Source: Chiloscyllium plagiosum
Taxonomy: Eukaryota
NCBI RefSeq assembly: GCF_004010195.1
Contig: NC_057718.1
Location: forward strand, 98,430,518 to 98,494,517
Reading direction: 5' to 3'
DNA length: 64,000 bases
Below are positions 12,480-24,920 of this stretch, in pieces. The notes beneath the pieces were generated by a model that saw nothing but the letters and a program-made list of their open reading frames with translations, was not told where the DNA came from and ran no database searches. A program made the translations under genes and the position numbers. How positions within the stretch are numbered: position 1 is the stretch's first letter; each line of letters begins with the position of its first letter.

Positions 12480-15120
12480 CATTCAGTAACAGTGTTCACT
12501 CTAATCAGTTCCATTTGGTCAGTTCCTACACAGGTGTTGTGTACAGAAGCATAAAATTGTGGAGGTCTCTTAATGGCATCCGTAAGCATTGTCGTCGGCT
12601 ATTACTCTGTTATTGTTCGTTCCCAAGTTAATGTTAATTCCCAGGGTGATGATGCTTCTCCAGGAGGTCATTTGTGATGAGTGCTGTTGCTATGATTGAT
12701 TGCTGCTGATCCATTTGTTGCTTTTTTTTTCCTGGGGAATGGTGAACTTCTGGGACTGATAGTCATTTTGTACTCTGTGCAGGTGGTGAAATAACCTCTT
12801 TCCGATCTGAGAGAAAACAGCTTCTCTATTTATATCTAGATGTCCATGGTTTTGAAAACATGTCAGGTTGTTCACGTTCACCATATATGATTGAGGTGAC
12901 AACTGCAGTTCAGATGCCCCATGTTGCCATTTGGGTTGACTGTTGTTGACTATTAATGTTTGCCCTCTGGTGGCCTCTTCAATGCTGAGCTCTTGCACTG
13001 AATTGCATCTCAAAGTTAAACTTGGTTCTCTGTCATTTCACCTTGATTTTGTCATTCATGCCTACTTTATGAAGGAGCTGAATTCTTCACTTGTAGCTTT
13101 AGGGGCACTGTCACTCGTCACAATGTCTCAATACTGTAATGACTGAACTGTGTTTTCAGGCATCTATATTCTCACTGATAATTGGTATCAGCTGGTCTGA
13201 TTCCTAGTGGTCATGATAGATGATGATAATAACAGGATAATAATTTCTTGCAAAAGTGAAGACGTCTATCCAAACTTCAGCCATATTCTGTTTGGGATGT
13301 CTTGTACAATAAGCAGCTCTTCTGCTGGCTTAGAACCATGTAGTACAGAAGAGACTGTTTGGCCCATCAAGTCTAGACCAACAAGCGTAGCATTTCTACA
13401 AGTGATGCACTGGCTGATGTGGTTCTTATTTCATTGTTTACGATAGGCCAGTGGAGCAGATTTTTTGCCTTCCTCAAATTAGATTCAATTCCTCAATGGC
13501 TTGCATAGATGTGCTTCGGTATCTCTTTTCTCATTTCCTTTAGGATAATATTATTTCCTTTGTACAAGATGACACCCTGGACTAATAGTTCATCTCTGTA
13601 TACCAATAATCTCTTAATAGCAATAGGTGAGTCCTTGATGATTTCAGGCCATTCTTTTATCCTGAAGAAGGGCTCATGCCCGAAACGTCGATTCTCCTGC
13701 TCCTTGGATGCTGCCTGACCTGCTGCGCTTTTCCAGCAACACATTTTCAGCTCTGATCTCCATCATCTGCAGTCCTCACTTTCTCCATTCTTTTATCACT
13801 ACCACCTGCAGCACTTGTAAGGTTGCACATTATTGCACCATTTGCATTAATTGTGTCTTTCAGGTTCAACATATCTGCGGAGTCGATGACTTCCAGAACA
13901 TTGCTTCATGTTGAATCTGGAAGATTGCACATCCTATTTTAGCACCTTCAAGTTTCTTCAGTATCACTCTCAACAGAATGTCAGCAACATTCATCTGTAC
14001 CCCTGCTTGTGTGTCATGTTCAAATGGTGTTTTGTAATTAAAGTAATATTCTTTGCAGCAGATAGAAGCAGCATGAGGAAGATGCTTTGAAGTGGCTTGT
14101 AGTCAGATTCCACTGTTACTTTGTCTCTCCTAAACAGGTTATTGGTTAAAACGCTTACAAGCAAAGACAAAAGCCAGACACACTGAGTGTAGTGTCATTC
14201 AGTTTGCATTAAAGTCCGGGGCACCAATGCAGCATCTTGTTCTTGCTGCATATAGGTTGCTGGCATCACATTGCAAGGTGACTTCATCATTGACATCGCA
14301 GACCTCAACACTAACATTATCATCAGTTTTTTTGATTCTCTTGTTCTGTGCCACAGTACCACTGCACATCTTTGGCAGTGACCTTGTGAGGAGGTTCATA
14401 ATCTGATGACAACTTAGGCAAGAACTTTGTCTCAGTTCACAATCCAACAAATCATTGTACTGCTTTTAGACCTATTGGTTGCTGCATCTCAGCTACAGTT
14501 CTCACCTTGTCAGGAGCTGGACAATGTCTTTTTGCTGTTGTGTATGATTCAATTGAATATATTTGAAACCATATGATTGTATCTTTCTCTCGCTCAACTT
14601 CAGGCTCAACTGGCAACCTCTCTGCAGTCCCTCTAGATTCTGATCATGATCTGTTGTTGGGCTCTTCCATTGTGTTTCCACGTCCATAGAGTAGCAGATG
14701 AGCCACAAATAGCTTCCAGTCCAGGGAGATCACTAACTATCTTGTGTTGTGTTGCTACTCTTCCAGAGCAGTGGAAATAGCTAAGTGAATTTGCAGCCAT
14801 TTGCTTCTTCCTAATGGCAATTAGAATACAGTTAGAAAACGTTTGCTTTGTGTAATTTGCTAATAACTATCCTTCAGATTGATACAAGTAAACATCTAAA
14901 TCTTGGCAAATTGTGGAAATATTCCTCCAATTGCTGGCATTTGAGATGTTGAGATATTAAGCTTTATGGAGATCCTTTAGATCTATGTATATTCTCATTT
15001 TCCAGGTTTGTTCCACTGTTACCACGCAGCTAATCCAGACTGGTGAAGTTGTCACTTTTTCCAGCTCTTCTATGTTATCTTTCTGGCCGGACTTGAGGAC
15101 ATTCCATTGTCCGTATCCCA
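12480..15120 (-). mobile_element. Ty3/Gypsy LTR retrotransposon pol relic (RT-RNaseH-integrase), many stops and frameshifts, no LTR seen
   Basis: Minus-strand motifs in Gypsy order: RT K(P)GKMRIYIDLKDLHKA* (~14960-15010), PLGRSKWL (~14790-14820) and DHDQNL; RNase H VTLQCDAS (~14265-14285) and VTVESDYKPL (~14090-14120); integrase zinc-binding W..I...YRDEL.VQ..ILYKGN.II.K.MRKEI...I..SH (~13495-13650); core LKTQFS (~13140-13165). Confidence 0.85.
13662..13784 (+). mobile_element. Penelope-like terminal-repeat fragment with minimal hammerhead core, inserted into the Gypsy relic
   Basis: Perfect 13-bp target-site duplication ccattcttttatc (13649-13661 and 13785-13797); sequence matches the termini attached to the GIY-YIG/RT Penelope fragments at 22900-23028 and 56795-56912. 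Confidence 0.85.
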
Positions 15121-15159
15121 TCCAACCCTTCTTCAAAATCTATTATATCTTAACTGTTC

Positions 15160-15290
15160 CTGGTTCTGATGCAAGGTCACACTCATGAAATGGTAACTCT
15201 GTCTGTCTTTCCATATAGATGCTGCCTGCTAAATTTTCCATCATTTTCTAAATTACTTCATATTTCCAGCATGTGCAGTGTTCTGCTTTT
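15160..15290 (+). mobile_element. Decayed Penelope-derived terminal repeat (second type)
   Basis: ggttctgatgcaaggtcacactcatgaaatggtaactctg...agatgctgcc...ttccagcatgtgcagt; same type as 15680-15920, 45036-45222 and 52594-52697. Confidence 0.55.
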
Positions 15291-15679
15291 TTGGTAGAAA
15301 CATATACTGCTCCATGAACAGGCAAAGTGTAACATTTTATTTCAGCTGTAGATTATTATAGTTATTTTTATTATAGCACTGAGTTATAATAAATTAGATA
15401 GAAACAGGTTACTGAATTATTCATTATTAGTAGAAAATGGGGACTTCAAGGTTTTCTGAGTGTGTCTATTTGTATGGTTCACATGTGGGCATTTGAGAGC
15501 AAATTTTAATATCTTCACAACATTGAAGCATTTTCGAGTTCCTAAACCTTTCCCCAACATCTAATTTGATGTCTCCACTGCCTCGAATTTATTTTACTGT
15601 TTGTCAAACATATTGTGCTTGAGGAAATTTCCTGCCACGAACTTCCTGTGTTAACCACCAATTTTACTCCTCTGATAAA

Positions 15680-15920
15680 AGCAAAATACTTCAGAAATAC
15701 TGCTGGAAATCTGAAATAAAACCTGAAAATGCTGGAGAAACTCAGCAGGTTTGGTAGTATCCACAAAGAAAGAGAAAGAATTTATGTTTCAAGTCCAATA
15801 TGACTTCTTCAGTACTAATCTTCCATTCTGAAGAATCATACCAGTTTCGAAACATTCACTCAGTTTTGTTTTCCACAGATATTGCCAAATCTGAGTTTCT
15901 CCAGCATTTTCTATTTTTGT
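15680..15920. repeat. Palindromic (head-to-head) Penelope-derived element with hammerhead-like cores on both strands
   Basis: aaaatgctggagaaactcag (left arm) versus ctgagtttctccagcatttt (right arm); CTGAAGA on the minus strand at 15806-15812 and on the plus strand at 15828-15834. Confidence 0.7.
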
Positions 15921-16879
15921 TATTATTAATTTCACCCCTCACCCTCGTCACTGTTTCAGGAGAACTAGACCTTTTGTTACAATTGAGATAGGAGGAGGGC
16001 ACTCTCCCTCTCTAGTACCATCATGGCACACGCCACAATGTTAACATTTTCCCCAGTTCCAATGTGGCCAATCATATGCTTTCTCTATATTAAATTTAGA
16101 ATAAAATGATCCATTGACCAGCTTTCTTTAATAAACACATGATTATTGATTTATTGTAAAACAAACTTGTTCCACAAAGATGCAAAACGGGTTAACACAG
16201 TTTATAACGTAAATGTTTAGCCCTCTAAATAATCTCACACAGACATACATCAGATTTACTGAAAAGGAAAACACAACTTTCTCTCTGCACAAACTCTGGA
16301 GAAAAAAATTATATTCATCAATAATGGTTACTTTGTGAAAGAAAATAAGGTTAGATGTGGATGTCCAGGTGGCTGCCAATCAGGCATTCTGCACACAGGT
16401 CACTAGACAAGTACAAATATCTCTGGGGTCTTGGCAGATACAAATTGCTCAGGAAACAGAGTATCAAGGAATCTTTCATCGTCCTCTTGAACAGTGAATC
16501 AGGTTTTACACTGGAATCATAAGGGGGGTTCAGAAAGCGGAGGGAGATAAGGACATTCTTTCCTTAATAGGCTTTTTTCTCCCAAATGAAAAACCAAACA
16601 AATCTCCTAGCTAAACACTGTACAGACAAAATGCAGGCAGATGATTTCTAAAAAGTGAGCAAGCAATTAACTAAATGCGATTTCCCAGGGTGTCTTTTTC
16701 AAAAAAAATTTGAATGTACTTTCATTGAATCTTTTTAAATATAATCCAAGTGTCACCACAGAAATTGAAATAAATCAATTGTAATCCTTCAAAATTCAAA
16801 CCTCAAAAAATATGAGGCCTTCATTGCACTTTCAAAACCTCATTCTTTTTAGTTGTGATCTGAGTTTTTGACCTAATAT

Positions 16880-17730
16880 CCTCTTTTGTACCAAAACCTC
16901 TTACATCTACCTCTATAATGTTGTTCCTTTCTAGTTCATCTCAGCTCAAATGCTGAAATCCTTATCCATGATTTTGTCACCTCTAGACTCAGGTACTCTG
17001 ATGACTGACAAGTAGACTTTACACCTTGAATGCTGTGTAAACATGAGTTCATCTAAAATACTACTGCGCACAATTTAACATGCACCAAGTTCCATTCACC
17101 CAACACTTTGTACTCTGATTGCCCAACGTGATCCCTGGACCTGGCAATACCTTTGACTTTAAAAACAGCATTACAATCATTCTGGTTCTCATTGGAAAAT
17201 CCCTCCTTGGCAGCTCCACAACCCTCCAAAGATCTCTGCACTTCACCAACTTCAGTCTCTTGCTCAATCCTGATTTACTTTGTACCAACATTGGCATCTG
17301 TGCCTTTACCTTCCCAGGCCATGATCTTTGGAATTTTCTCTATAAATCTCTGTCTCTCCCTCTCTCCTTTAAGATGTGCTTTAAAACCCACTGGTGGCAT
17401 GGTGGCTCACTGGTTAGCACGTTTGCCTCACAGTGCCAGAGACCCAAGTTCGATTCCAGCCTTGGGTGACTGTCCCTGTGGAATTTGCACATTCTCCCCA
17501 TGTCTGCGTGGATTTCCTCCGGGTGCTCATGTTTCCTCCCACAGTCCAAAGATGTACAGGTTAGGAGATTTGGCCATGTTAAATTGCTCATTGTTCAGGG
17601 ATGTGTAGGTTAGTGATGGGAAACGTACAGTAATAGGGTAGGGGAATGGATCTGCATGGGATACAAATGGCCTGTTTCCATACTGTAAGAATTCTGTGAC
17701 TCCATGATCAATCTTTTAGTCACCTTTCTT
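16880..17730 (+). mobile_element. L2-clade LINE 3' fragment, interrupted by the HE1 SINE at 17393
   Basis: gctgaaatccttatccatgattttgtcacctctagactc (AEILIHDFVTSRL, L2 RT C-terminal motif); tttaagatgtgctttaaaacccac resumes after the SINE as gatcaatcttttagtcacct. Confidence 0.65.
17393..17700 (+). mobile_element. HE1-type SINE
   Basis: ggtggcatggtggctcactggttagcac...aagttcgattcc...ccaaagatgtacaggttagg...ggcctgtttccatactgta. Confidence 0.85.
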
Positions 17731-17744
17731 GACATCCCAAAGGA

Positions 17745-18125
17745 CCATAAGATGTGGAAGCAGAAATAAGCCATACAGCTCATTCAGTCTGCTTCATCAT
17801 TCAATGAGATCACAGATGATCTGATAGTCCCCAATTCCATTTTCTTGCCTTATTCTCATAACCGTTGATTCTCTGCCTGACTAAAGACCCACCTCAACAT
17901 TGAATACGTTTAATGATCCATTGTCTACAGCACTAATGCAGTGAAGAATTCCACTGATTGACTACCTTCACGGAAAAGATTTCTCCTCACATGGCTTAAT
18001 TGGGTGACCATCCACTCTGAGGTTATACCCTACAAAGGGAAACAACCTTTCCACATCTACTTTATCAAGCCCTCTGAGAATCCTCTTTGTTTTGGTAACG
18101 TCACCCTCTTATTCTTCTAAACTCC
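17745..18125 (-). mobile_element. CR1 3' end, decayed
   Basis: accataagatgtggaagcagaaataagccat...ttcaatgagatcacagatgatctgat is the reverse complement of the CR1 tail, followed by ORF2 C-terminal remnants. Confidence 0.7.
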
Positions 18126-19663
18126 ACTGTGATTTATGTGCCTCTGCTGCAGCTTTTCCTGTTTAAATAATATTTACCTCCCATATTTGCACAAGGTCCA
18201 TAAACTCACATTTTTCTACATGGTTGTGTGTCAACATGTGTTTCATAATGCTCCAGTCATTTTGGGTTATTTTAACTACTCCAAAGGCATTACGTAAATA
18301 CAATGAAGTAGGAAGGGAGAAATAAGCAACAAAGCTAAGCAGCTTATGTTACCAAAATGTGTCATCATGATGAGGTACCAATAACACAGCAGTGCAGTAA
18401 AATTTGTATTATTTGGCACTATACCAATTGGCTGAGGCAGGGACATCATTATAAGCCCTGGTGGTCCCTGACAAAACAGAGTGACTCTGCTTCCACCCCA
18501 AACACTGATTACTGGGCCCAAATATATTCTCTGTCCTGGGCCCTGCCAACTGGAATTCTCTAGTAACCAGAATTTCTGCACTTTTTTTAAAAAAAGCCCA
18601 ATATTTTTATTGTCATTTTTGAGTAACTACCCATGAAACTGACACTTGATCTTCAATTAAAAACCAACGGCTTCAATAGTAACCATGATCAGAAATAACT
18701 AGAACAGTAGCATCGATTGTGCCAACATACCATGCTCAGTTATTGCTTACCAACAGGGAACTCAGTGTTAAACACCATTTTTGATTTACCAGCACCACCT
18801 GTTACTGCTGCAGGCTGGATAATACTATTTCCTGAATAACTGGAGGCTGAATTATAAATTGCATACCCATTCTCTTAGCTGCAGTACGAAATGGATCTTA
18901 GCTGGCAACAACTGAGTGATTTGTATTCCCGAAAAGAAAATCTTATGGAAACACCAGTTAAAACACTTTAATGAAAACCGATGCTCAACCACATTACAAA
19001 CAGTCTGACATGTAAAGCTTTGGATTGGCAGCATAATTCCCTGCTCTTAGTTCTTAATCTGATGCTATTAAGGAATGCAGTTCTGAAGAACATGGGAAAC
19101 ACTGGTAGCTCTGTTGGCCTGAGCCTTTCATGCATTTCCTGGTAAGCAGATTACAGCAGCACTGATTGATGAATGTGCAAAATTATAATAGAAGTGAATG
19201 ATGATTCTGAGATTTGCAAAAACTCAAGAACGATCAGTGAAACATTCAACATGCTAAAAATGAAAAAAATTGATCTCCATGGCAAAACTGAAGCATTCTC
19301 AGAACAACTAGTCAGAGGGACAGTTGTTCACAGGTTTGATCGGATAATTTATTTCTTCACTTACTTTTATTTGCAATATAGAATACATTCCTTACTTAAC
19401 CATGTGTCTTAACTTCATGACTGTGTTTTCCTTGTAGAATAGGTGAAGCCATTAAGACCACATGCCTTTAGAAGAAAGCATTAGTTCTAAAATTCGAAGA
19501 GATCAATTATATTTGCAATAACTAATAAAAGTAGTGAGAGTGTGTTAAATTGCAACTAGGGAGAATGACGATCCAAATAAATCAAACCACACAGTGCCAA
19601 ACAGTGATGGAATGCAGAAGTGAATACAAGTGTTGAAGGTTTGAATATGAAAGTGACATTTAC

Positions 19664-20470
19664 CTTCGGAATGCATGATACAGCCGTCGACTCAGACAGC
19701 CTGGGATATGTGTATGAACTATATGCATGTCCAGTGGGATGTGTTGACTTAAATGCACTGGCAGCATATGGCACACTTGGTTCCTGCAGTCCAGATCCTG
19801 ATTTTGATCTCTGTCTCATAGTTGGTTGAGGACTTGTCTGTATGACATAAGATGACTTTGGTCGTTTGTCCAAATCTTCCCTTTGGTGTTCTGGATCCCA
19901 ATCTTTCTCTTTGTATTCCAATTTTTCCCTGGGAATTTCTCTTTGTGCAGTTCTAGAAGGTGTACTTTGTAGGTGTCTCCTGTGAATTGGTGGGGAGCTT
20001 TGAGCTCTTGGGGAGTCCCTGTTTGCCACAATGTGGTCTGTTGACCTAATTTTTGACACCAAATATGCATAATAGTCTGGTGGCAATCTACCAAGATCTG
20101 CCTTGTGTACACTGTCTTCTAAGTAATATGTTTCTACAGACCGAACTTTGTTAGAATCCTGGCCATTTTGTTGAGCAGCTTTGATATATCTGTGGTGTCT
20201 GTCCCATTCTTCTGTATGATTGCTCTGTTCTTTGCATTTCCCTGTTGTAAAATCTTTTGAAGATTCAATATCATGTGACTGTCTGAGATAATAATGGCCG
20301 TAGCCATTTTCTTCTGGACTGCACAGGCTATGGTTGGAACTTTTCTGTGGTGGAGCAGGAGGACTCTCCCGACGTAGAGAGTTTGAGCGAGTCACAGAAA
20401 TATCATTGAACTCCTCCAATAGGCCATTTAAAGAGGTGTCTTTCCATGCTCTGTTTCCTCTGACTATAGT
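19664..20470 (-). CDS. PAK5: PAK5 second coding exon (807 nt, 269 codons): Ser/Pro-rich central region
   Basis: Acceptor ttttttgttacag|ACT and donor AAG|GTAAAT. Peptide TIVRGN...ISVTRSNSLRRESPP...RPKSSY...QTSPQPTMRQRSKSGSGLQEP...YTYPRLSE...CIPK contains motifs specific to PAK5 rather than PAK4 or PAK6. It joins the previous exon in frame (PMK|TIVRG). Confidence 0.95.
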
Positions 20471-21708
20471 CTGTAACAAAAAATAAACCAGTTATTATTG
20501 ACAGAGGATAAATCGTGCTTGATTTCAGAATATGATAGTCAGTGCTTTAATGTATTCTGCTGTTTAGAACAATCTTTATGCTTCTCTAAGAAAAAAAGGT
20601 TTGTAAATAATTAAAATTGCTCTCCCCATATTATTTTAAAATGTGGCACCTGCTGATCCATCTGTGTTGCATGATCTGGCTGTTTTATCCACCTACTCCT
20701 TCCCATTTGGTCTCAAATATTTCACTAAGAACTGCCAATACAGTGGTAAATGAGACTCAATTCTGATCAATCAGGATGGGGGTTGAGTAAAGGGCAAACA
20801 TGGAAGGTCAGGAACTCACTGGATGTAATGTTTTTTTAAAAAGAAGTGTAGTGATGGACCTCTCTCCAAACTGACATTGTTCTTTTCTCCCTTTGGTCCC
20901 TGAAATCTGGTCTAGAACTAAAAACCGCAAATGCTGAAAATGTGAAGTAAAAAAAAACAAAATTTCTGGAAATAAATAACACATCAGACATCAGCTCCTG
21001 CAGTGTATTTCTAGCATTTTCTGTTCCTATATAATATCCCATCTGTCAAAAATTTTCTGTAGGATCATATAAGTGAAACATTCAAAATAATCTTGAAGGT
21101 AATTCAATTACTGAATAATTTTTGCTAGGTAATTTTTTAAATGTTAAGAAATAAATCTCTTCAGTTATTCATCCTTCTTAATTTCAATTTTTAGATTACT
21201 CCTTATTACAGTAGAAAATGACCAAATTAGAATTACATGGGAAGAATACCACACCCCTCGCCAGATTATACTGAAACCAACCAACCATTCGCAGCTTAAA
21301 ATGTCAAATTTCAATATGAGGGCAGCACTAATTTTTCTTAATACCATTTGCAATTAAGAAAATTTTTACAAAGTGCTATATTCACTAGACATAGAAATGT
21401 ACACAAACTTATTTTTGGCTCAATTTGTCAACAAGAATTAAGTGCCCATTAGCCATTCTTCAAATGTAAATGCAGAGCACACATGAATCAGTTTCTAAAA
21501 CAGCCCTGTAAAACAACGGAATGCGTTTTCATTTAAGACTTCTATTGCACATTTACTTGATCCTTGCACTCTGTCCAGGGTTTTCAAATTCATGTTACTG
21601 CATAAAATTTTGTGATTAGAATGCTGTAGTAATAGCCCTTTGTATCTTGTCTTCAAAAGATACAAATGCCTTGACCCAAGTTAGGAGAAAGGCTGTCGAG
21701 ATGATCTG

Positions 21709-22006
21709 CTGGTCAGGCAGTGTCCAAGGAGCAGGAGAATCGATGTTCCGGGCATGAGCCCTTCTTCAGGAATGAGGAGAGTGTGCCAAGCAGGCTAAGA
21801 TATGCAATATTTCCAACGCCCCTCCCCCAAGTCCCTCCTCCCTACCTTTTATCTTAGCCTGCTTGGCACACTCTCCTCATTCCTGAAGAAGGGCTCATTC
21901 CCGAAATGTCGATTCTCCTGCTCCTTGGATGCTGCCTCACCTGCTGCGCTTTTCCAGCAACACATTTTCAGCTCTGATCTCCAGCATGTGCAGTCCTCAC
22001 TTTCTC
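21709..22006. mobile_element. Penelope-like insertion consisting of an inverted plus a direct terminal repeat
   Basis: ~92-bp inverted arms at 21711-21802 and 21850-21941; flanking 16-bp duplication ctgtcgagatgatctg (21693-21708) / ctgttgagatggtctg (22007-22022). Confidence 0.85.
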
Positions 22007-22049
22007 CTGTTGAGATGGTCTGTCCTAACAAGAGTTTCACTTCTCTATT

Positions 22050-23075
22050 CTTTCACAGAATATGGGCATCGTTGGCAAGGTTGCATTTGTTGCTATCTTA
22101 AATTAACTTTGAACTGAGTGGCTTGTTAAGCTATTTCAGACAGAAATTAAAAATCAGCCACATTGCTGTCTATCTGGAATCACATGCAGGCAAGACCATG
22201 TGAGGATGCCAGAATTCCTTCCCTAATGGCCATTAGTGAACCAGATGGACTGCAGTTACATGTTGTTAATTAAAACAGCTTGTAATTCATGATTTTGACA
22301 AACTGAAATTTCACCATCTAGCATGGTGGAATTCAAGCTCTAGTCCCCAAAACATCGGCCTGGACCTCTGGAGTTACTAGATGGATGGAGGTGGGTATAA
22401 ATGTGATAGGTCGGAAAGAAGGGTGGAGCGGACATGTGGGAAGGAAGATTAGCAGGTAGGACAGGTCATGAGGATGGTGCTGAGTAGGAAGGTTGGAACT
22501 GGGGTAAGGTGGGGGGAGGGGAAATGAGGAAACTAGTGAAGTCCACATTGATGCCCTGGGTTTGAAGTGTTCCGAGGCAGAAGATAAGGCGTTCTTCCTC
22601 CAGGCGTCGGGTGGTGAGGGAGTGGCGATGGAGGCGGTCCAGTACCTGCATGACCTCGGCAGAGTGGGAGGGGGAGTTGAAATGTTCGGCCACAGGGCGA
22701 TGGGATTGATTGGTGCGGGTGTCCTGGAGATGTTCCCTAAAGCGCTCTGCCAATCTTCCTTCCCACCTATCCACTCCACGCTCCTCTCCAACCTATCACC
22801 TTTATCCCTCACTCCATCCACCTATATTGCACTCTTAGCTACCATCTCCCCAGCCCCACCTCCCTCCCATTTATCTCTCCATCACAAAGGCTCCCAACCT
22901 CATTCCTGATGAAGGGCTCCTGCATGAAACGTCTATTTTCCTGCTCCTCGGATGCTACCTGACCTGCGATGCTTTTCCAGCATCACTCTAATCTACTCTG
23001 ACCCCAGCATCTGCAGTCCTCACTTTCGCCTCTGAGTTACTAGTCCAGTGACAATACCATAATACCACTGCCTCC
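22050..23075 (-). mobile_element. Host SINE (second family) split by the Penelope insertion at 22381-23028
   Basis: gggcatcgttggcaaggttgcatttgttgc...ttcacc...tggtggaattcaagc...ctctggagttactag | ...ttactagtccagtgacaataccataataccactgcc (tRNA-like head on the minus strand). Confidence 0.6.
22381..23028. mobile_element. Penelope-like element: inverted GIY-YIG endonuclease C-terminus (minus, ~22381-22750) joined to a plus-strand terminal repeat
   Basis: Minus ORF RLAERFREHLQDTRTNQSHRPVAEHFNSPSHS...RRLEEERLIFCLGTLQTQGINVDF (PLE endonuclease C-terminus); duplication cctctg(g)agttactag at 22365-22380 and 23029-23043; internal inverted arms 22381-22455 vs 22748-22820. Confidence 0.88.
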
Positions 23076-23454
23076 TCAAAACATGGTTGACTTCAACAAA
23101 CAATCCTCAACTGGCAATTTACCATTGCAAGTTTGATGATAGAATCAGTATGCTGAGGTTGGTCTGTTGCAATTCATTTCCTTTGAAATGTTGTTAACAT
23201 TGTATAAGGTAGGATTATACTTAAACTACATCAATAAAGATAATGGATATAGTCATTCTGCGTAGCACTGGTAATAGATAGCACATTTTAAGAATGTCAC
23301 ATGTCAAATTTGTATGATTACAGAGTTATATTTATCACCTAAAATCAGATATAAAATATGGTTCTTTTGGGGAAAGCACTCCACTTTAACAGAGAAGATT
23401 CTTTATGAATGACCCAAAAATCTATATTCATTCAGAAGTTTTGTAGATACATAT

Positions 23455-23540
23455 TACACATTAAATGCATACAATATGGAAACAGGCCATTTGGCCCAAA
23501 AAGTCCACAATGACCCTACGGAGAATATCCCACCCAGACT
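23455..23540 (-). mobile_element. HE1 SINE 3'-tail fragment
   Basis: tggaaacaggccatttggcccaaaaagtccacaatgaccct...cccacccagac. Confidence 0.65.
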
Positions 23541-24920
23541 CATATGTTTAAGATATGCATAAAAACAGCCTGCAGCTTTAAAAGAAACTAATCCTTTCTC
23601 ATTAGCTAAAATTCCAATTGTATTGCATGATCATCTGACAAGATTCCAGCAAAAAGAAATTGAATAAAAAGTTACAATTTCAACCAATCAGGCTATCAAT
23701 TTAATTCCCAAATCATGCTGATTTGTGATCCAGTGAAGTATGCAGCCATATAGGTAAAATTGACAATATCAAGAAAAACATAAAACTAAAGTGATTTGAA
23801 AGTAGCCAAATTCTGGGTCACAGGCACAAAACAAGCATTACAAGAAAGCACGAGAGGGGTTTAGTTTTCAACATGGAAAATAATACCGAGACCCCATGAC
23901 AATCAAGTGAGAATGAATTTTTTTAATCGATCCCAAGAATTCTAAACTATTGCTGACAAATTGTGCAGGAGGTACTGTTTTTAACAGTATTGGTATGGAC
24001 TCTCAATTCCCAGACAGCACCATTCAAACCTGCACAAGAAGTCACACTAAAAATGATGATCATGGTCAGAAGCAAGACTACCCCTGTGTAATACTATGGG
24101 AGATTCGCTAGTATGTAAAAATAAAAATACTACTGATGTCAGTGTAGAAGTTGACCTTTCCAACCTTAAAAAATTCCTCCAAAAATGAATCTCAACTTAT
24201 TCGCAGAGTCTAAGACTGTCAATTTATTGCTGGTATTGTATGGCTGGTTGTCATTTTGAGATGTTATCTGCTTCCAACAGAATAAATGGCCATGTCTTAA
24301 CTGCCACACATCTGTTCAATGCAGCCTGCATCACCAGTTCCATTCTTTTCGTCCAGTGATAAAATAGCAGCAATTAAATCATGCATGTGTGTGGAGAAAA
24401 ATTGAGGCTAATTATTAACAAGCATGGCATTTCATGATTGAAAACAATGGCGTGAGATTATCCATTTATATGCTGCAATTTATGGCACAGTTCCATTATT
24501 TTCCTTCTTTGTGTGTCAGGTTTGTAACAGATCCTACAAACAACAGTGAGAAAATGATCAGATAATCTGTCTTAATTACAATTTTACGTCTAAACTCAAG
24601 CCACGCCTCAGGGAGAGGACCCCAGCTCCTGTTCAAAGAGTGGCAGATTTCTTATCCATTGGAAAGGTCAAGCAGACACTCTGCTTATCATCTGATGTGA
24701 AAGGCACACCTCAGAGGAGTGGCTCTTCTTTAGTGCATTAGACAGGCTAAGAATGAAGCTGGGAAATGAGAAAACCAAGAGAAATGAGCAAAGCTTTTCT
24801 GAGTTGCAGCTGAGGGTTACTGGAAGGATGAGAACAAAGTTAGAAAAACACTTGGCTGTCATGCAAATAATGCTGAAAACAATGCTGCTGTGTATGGTAT
24901 TGATCTAGGGATATGAAAAC

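Noticed and set aside
19556..19663. Hydrophobic C-terminal tail of the 307-aa ORF
   Set aside because: Read-through past the AAG|GTAAAT donor into the intron; the same applies to the ORF ends at 743-769 and 61128-61163.
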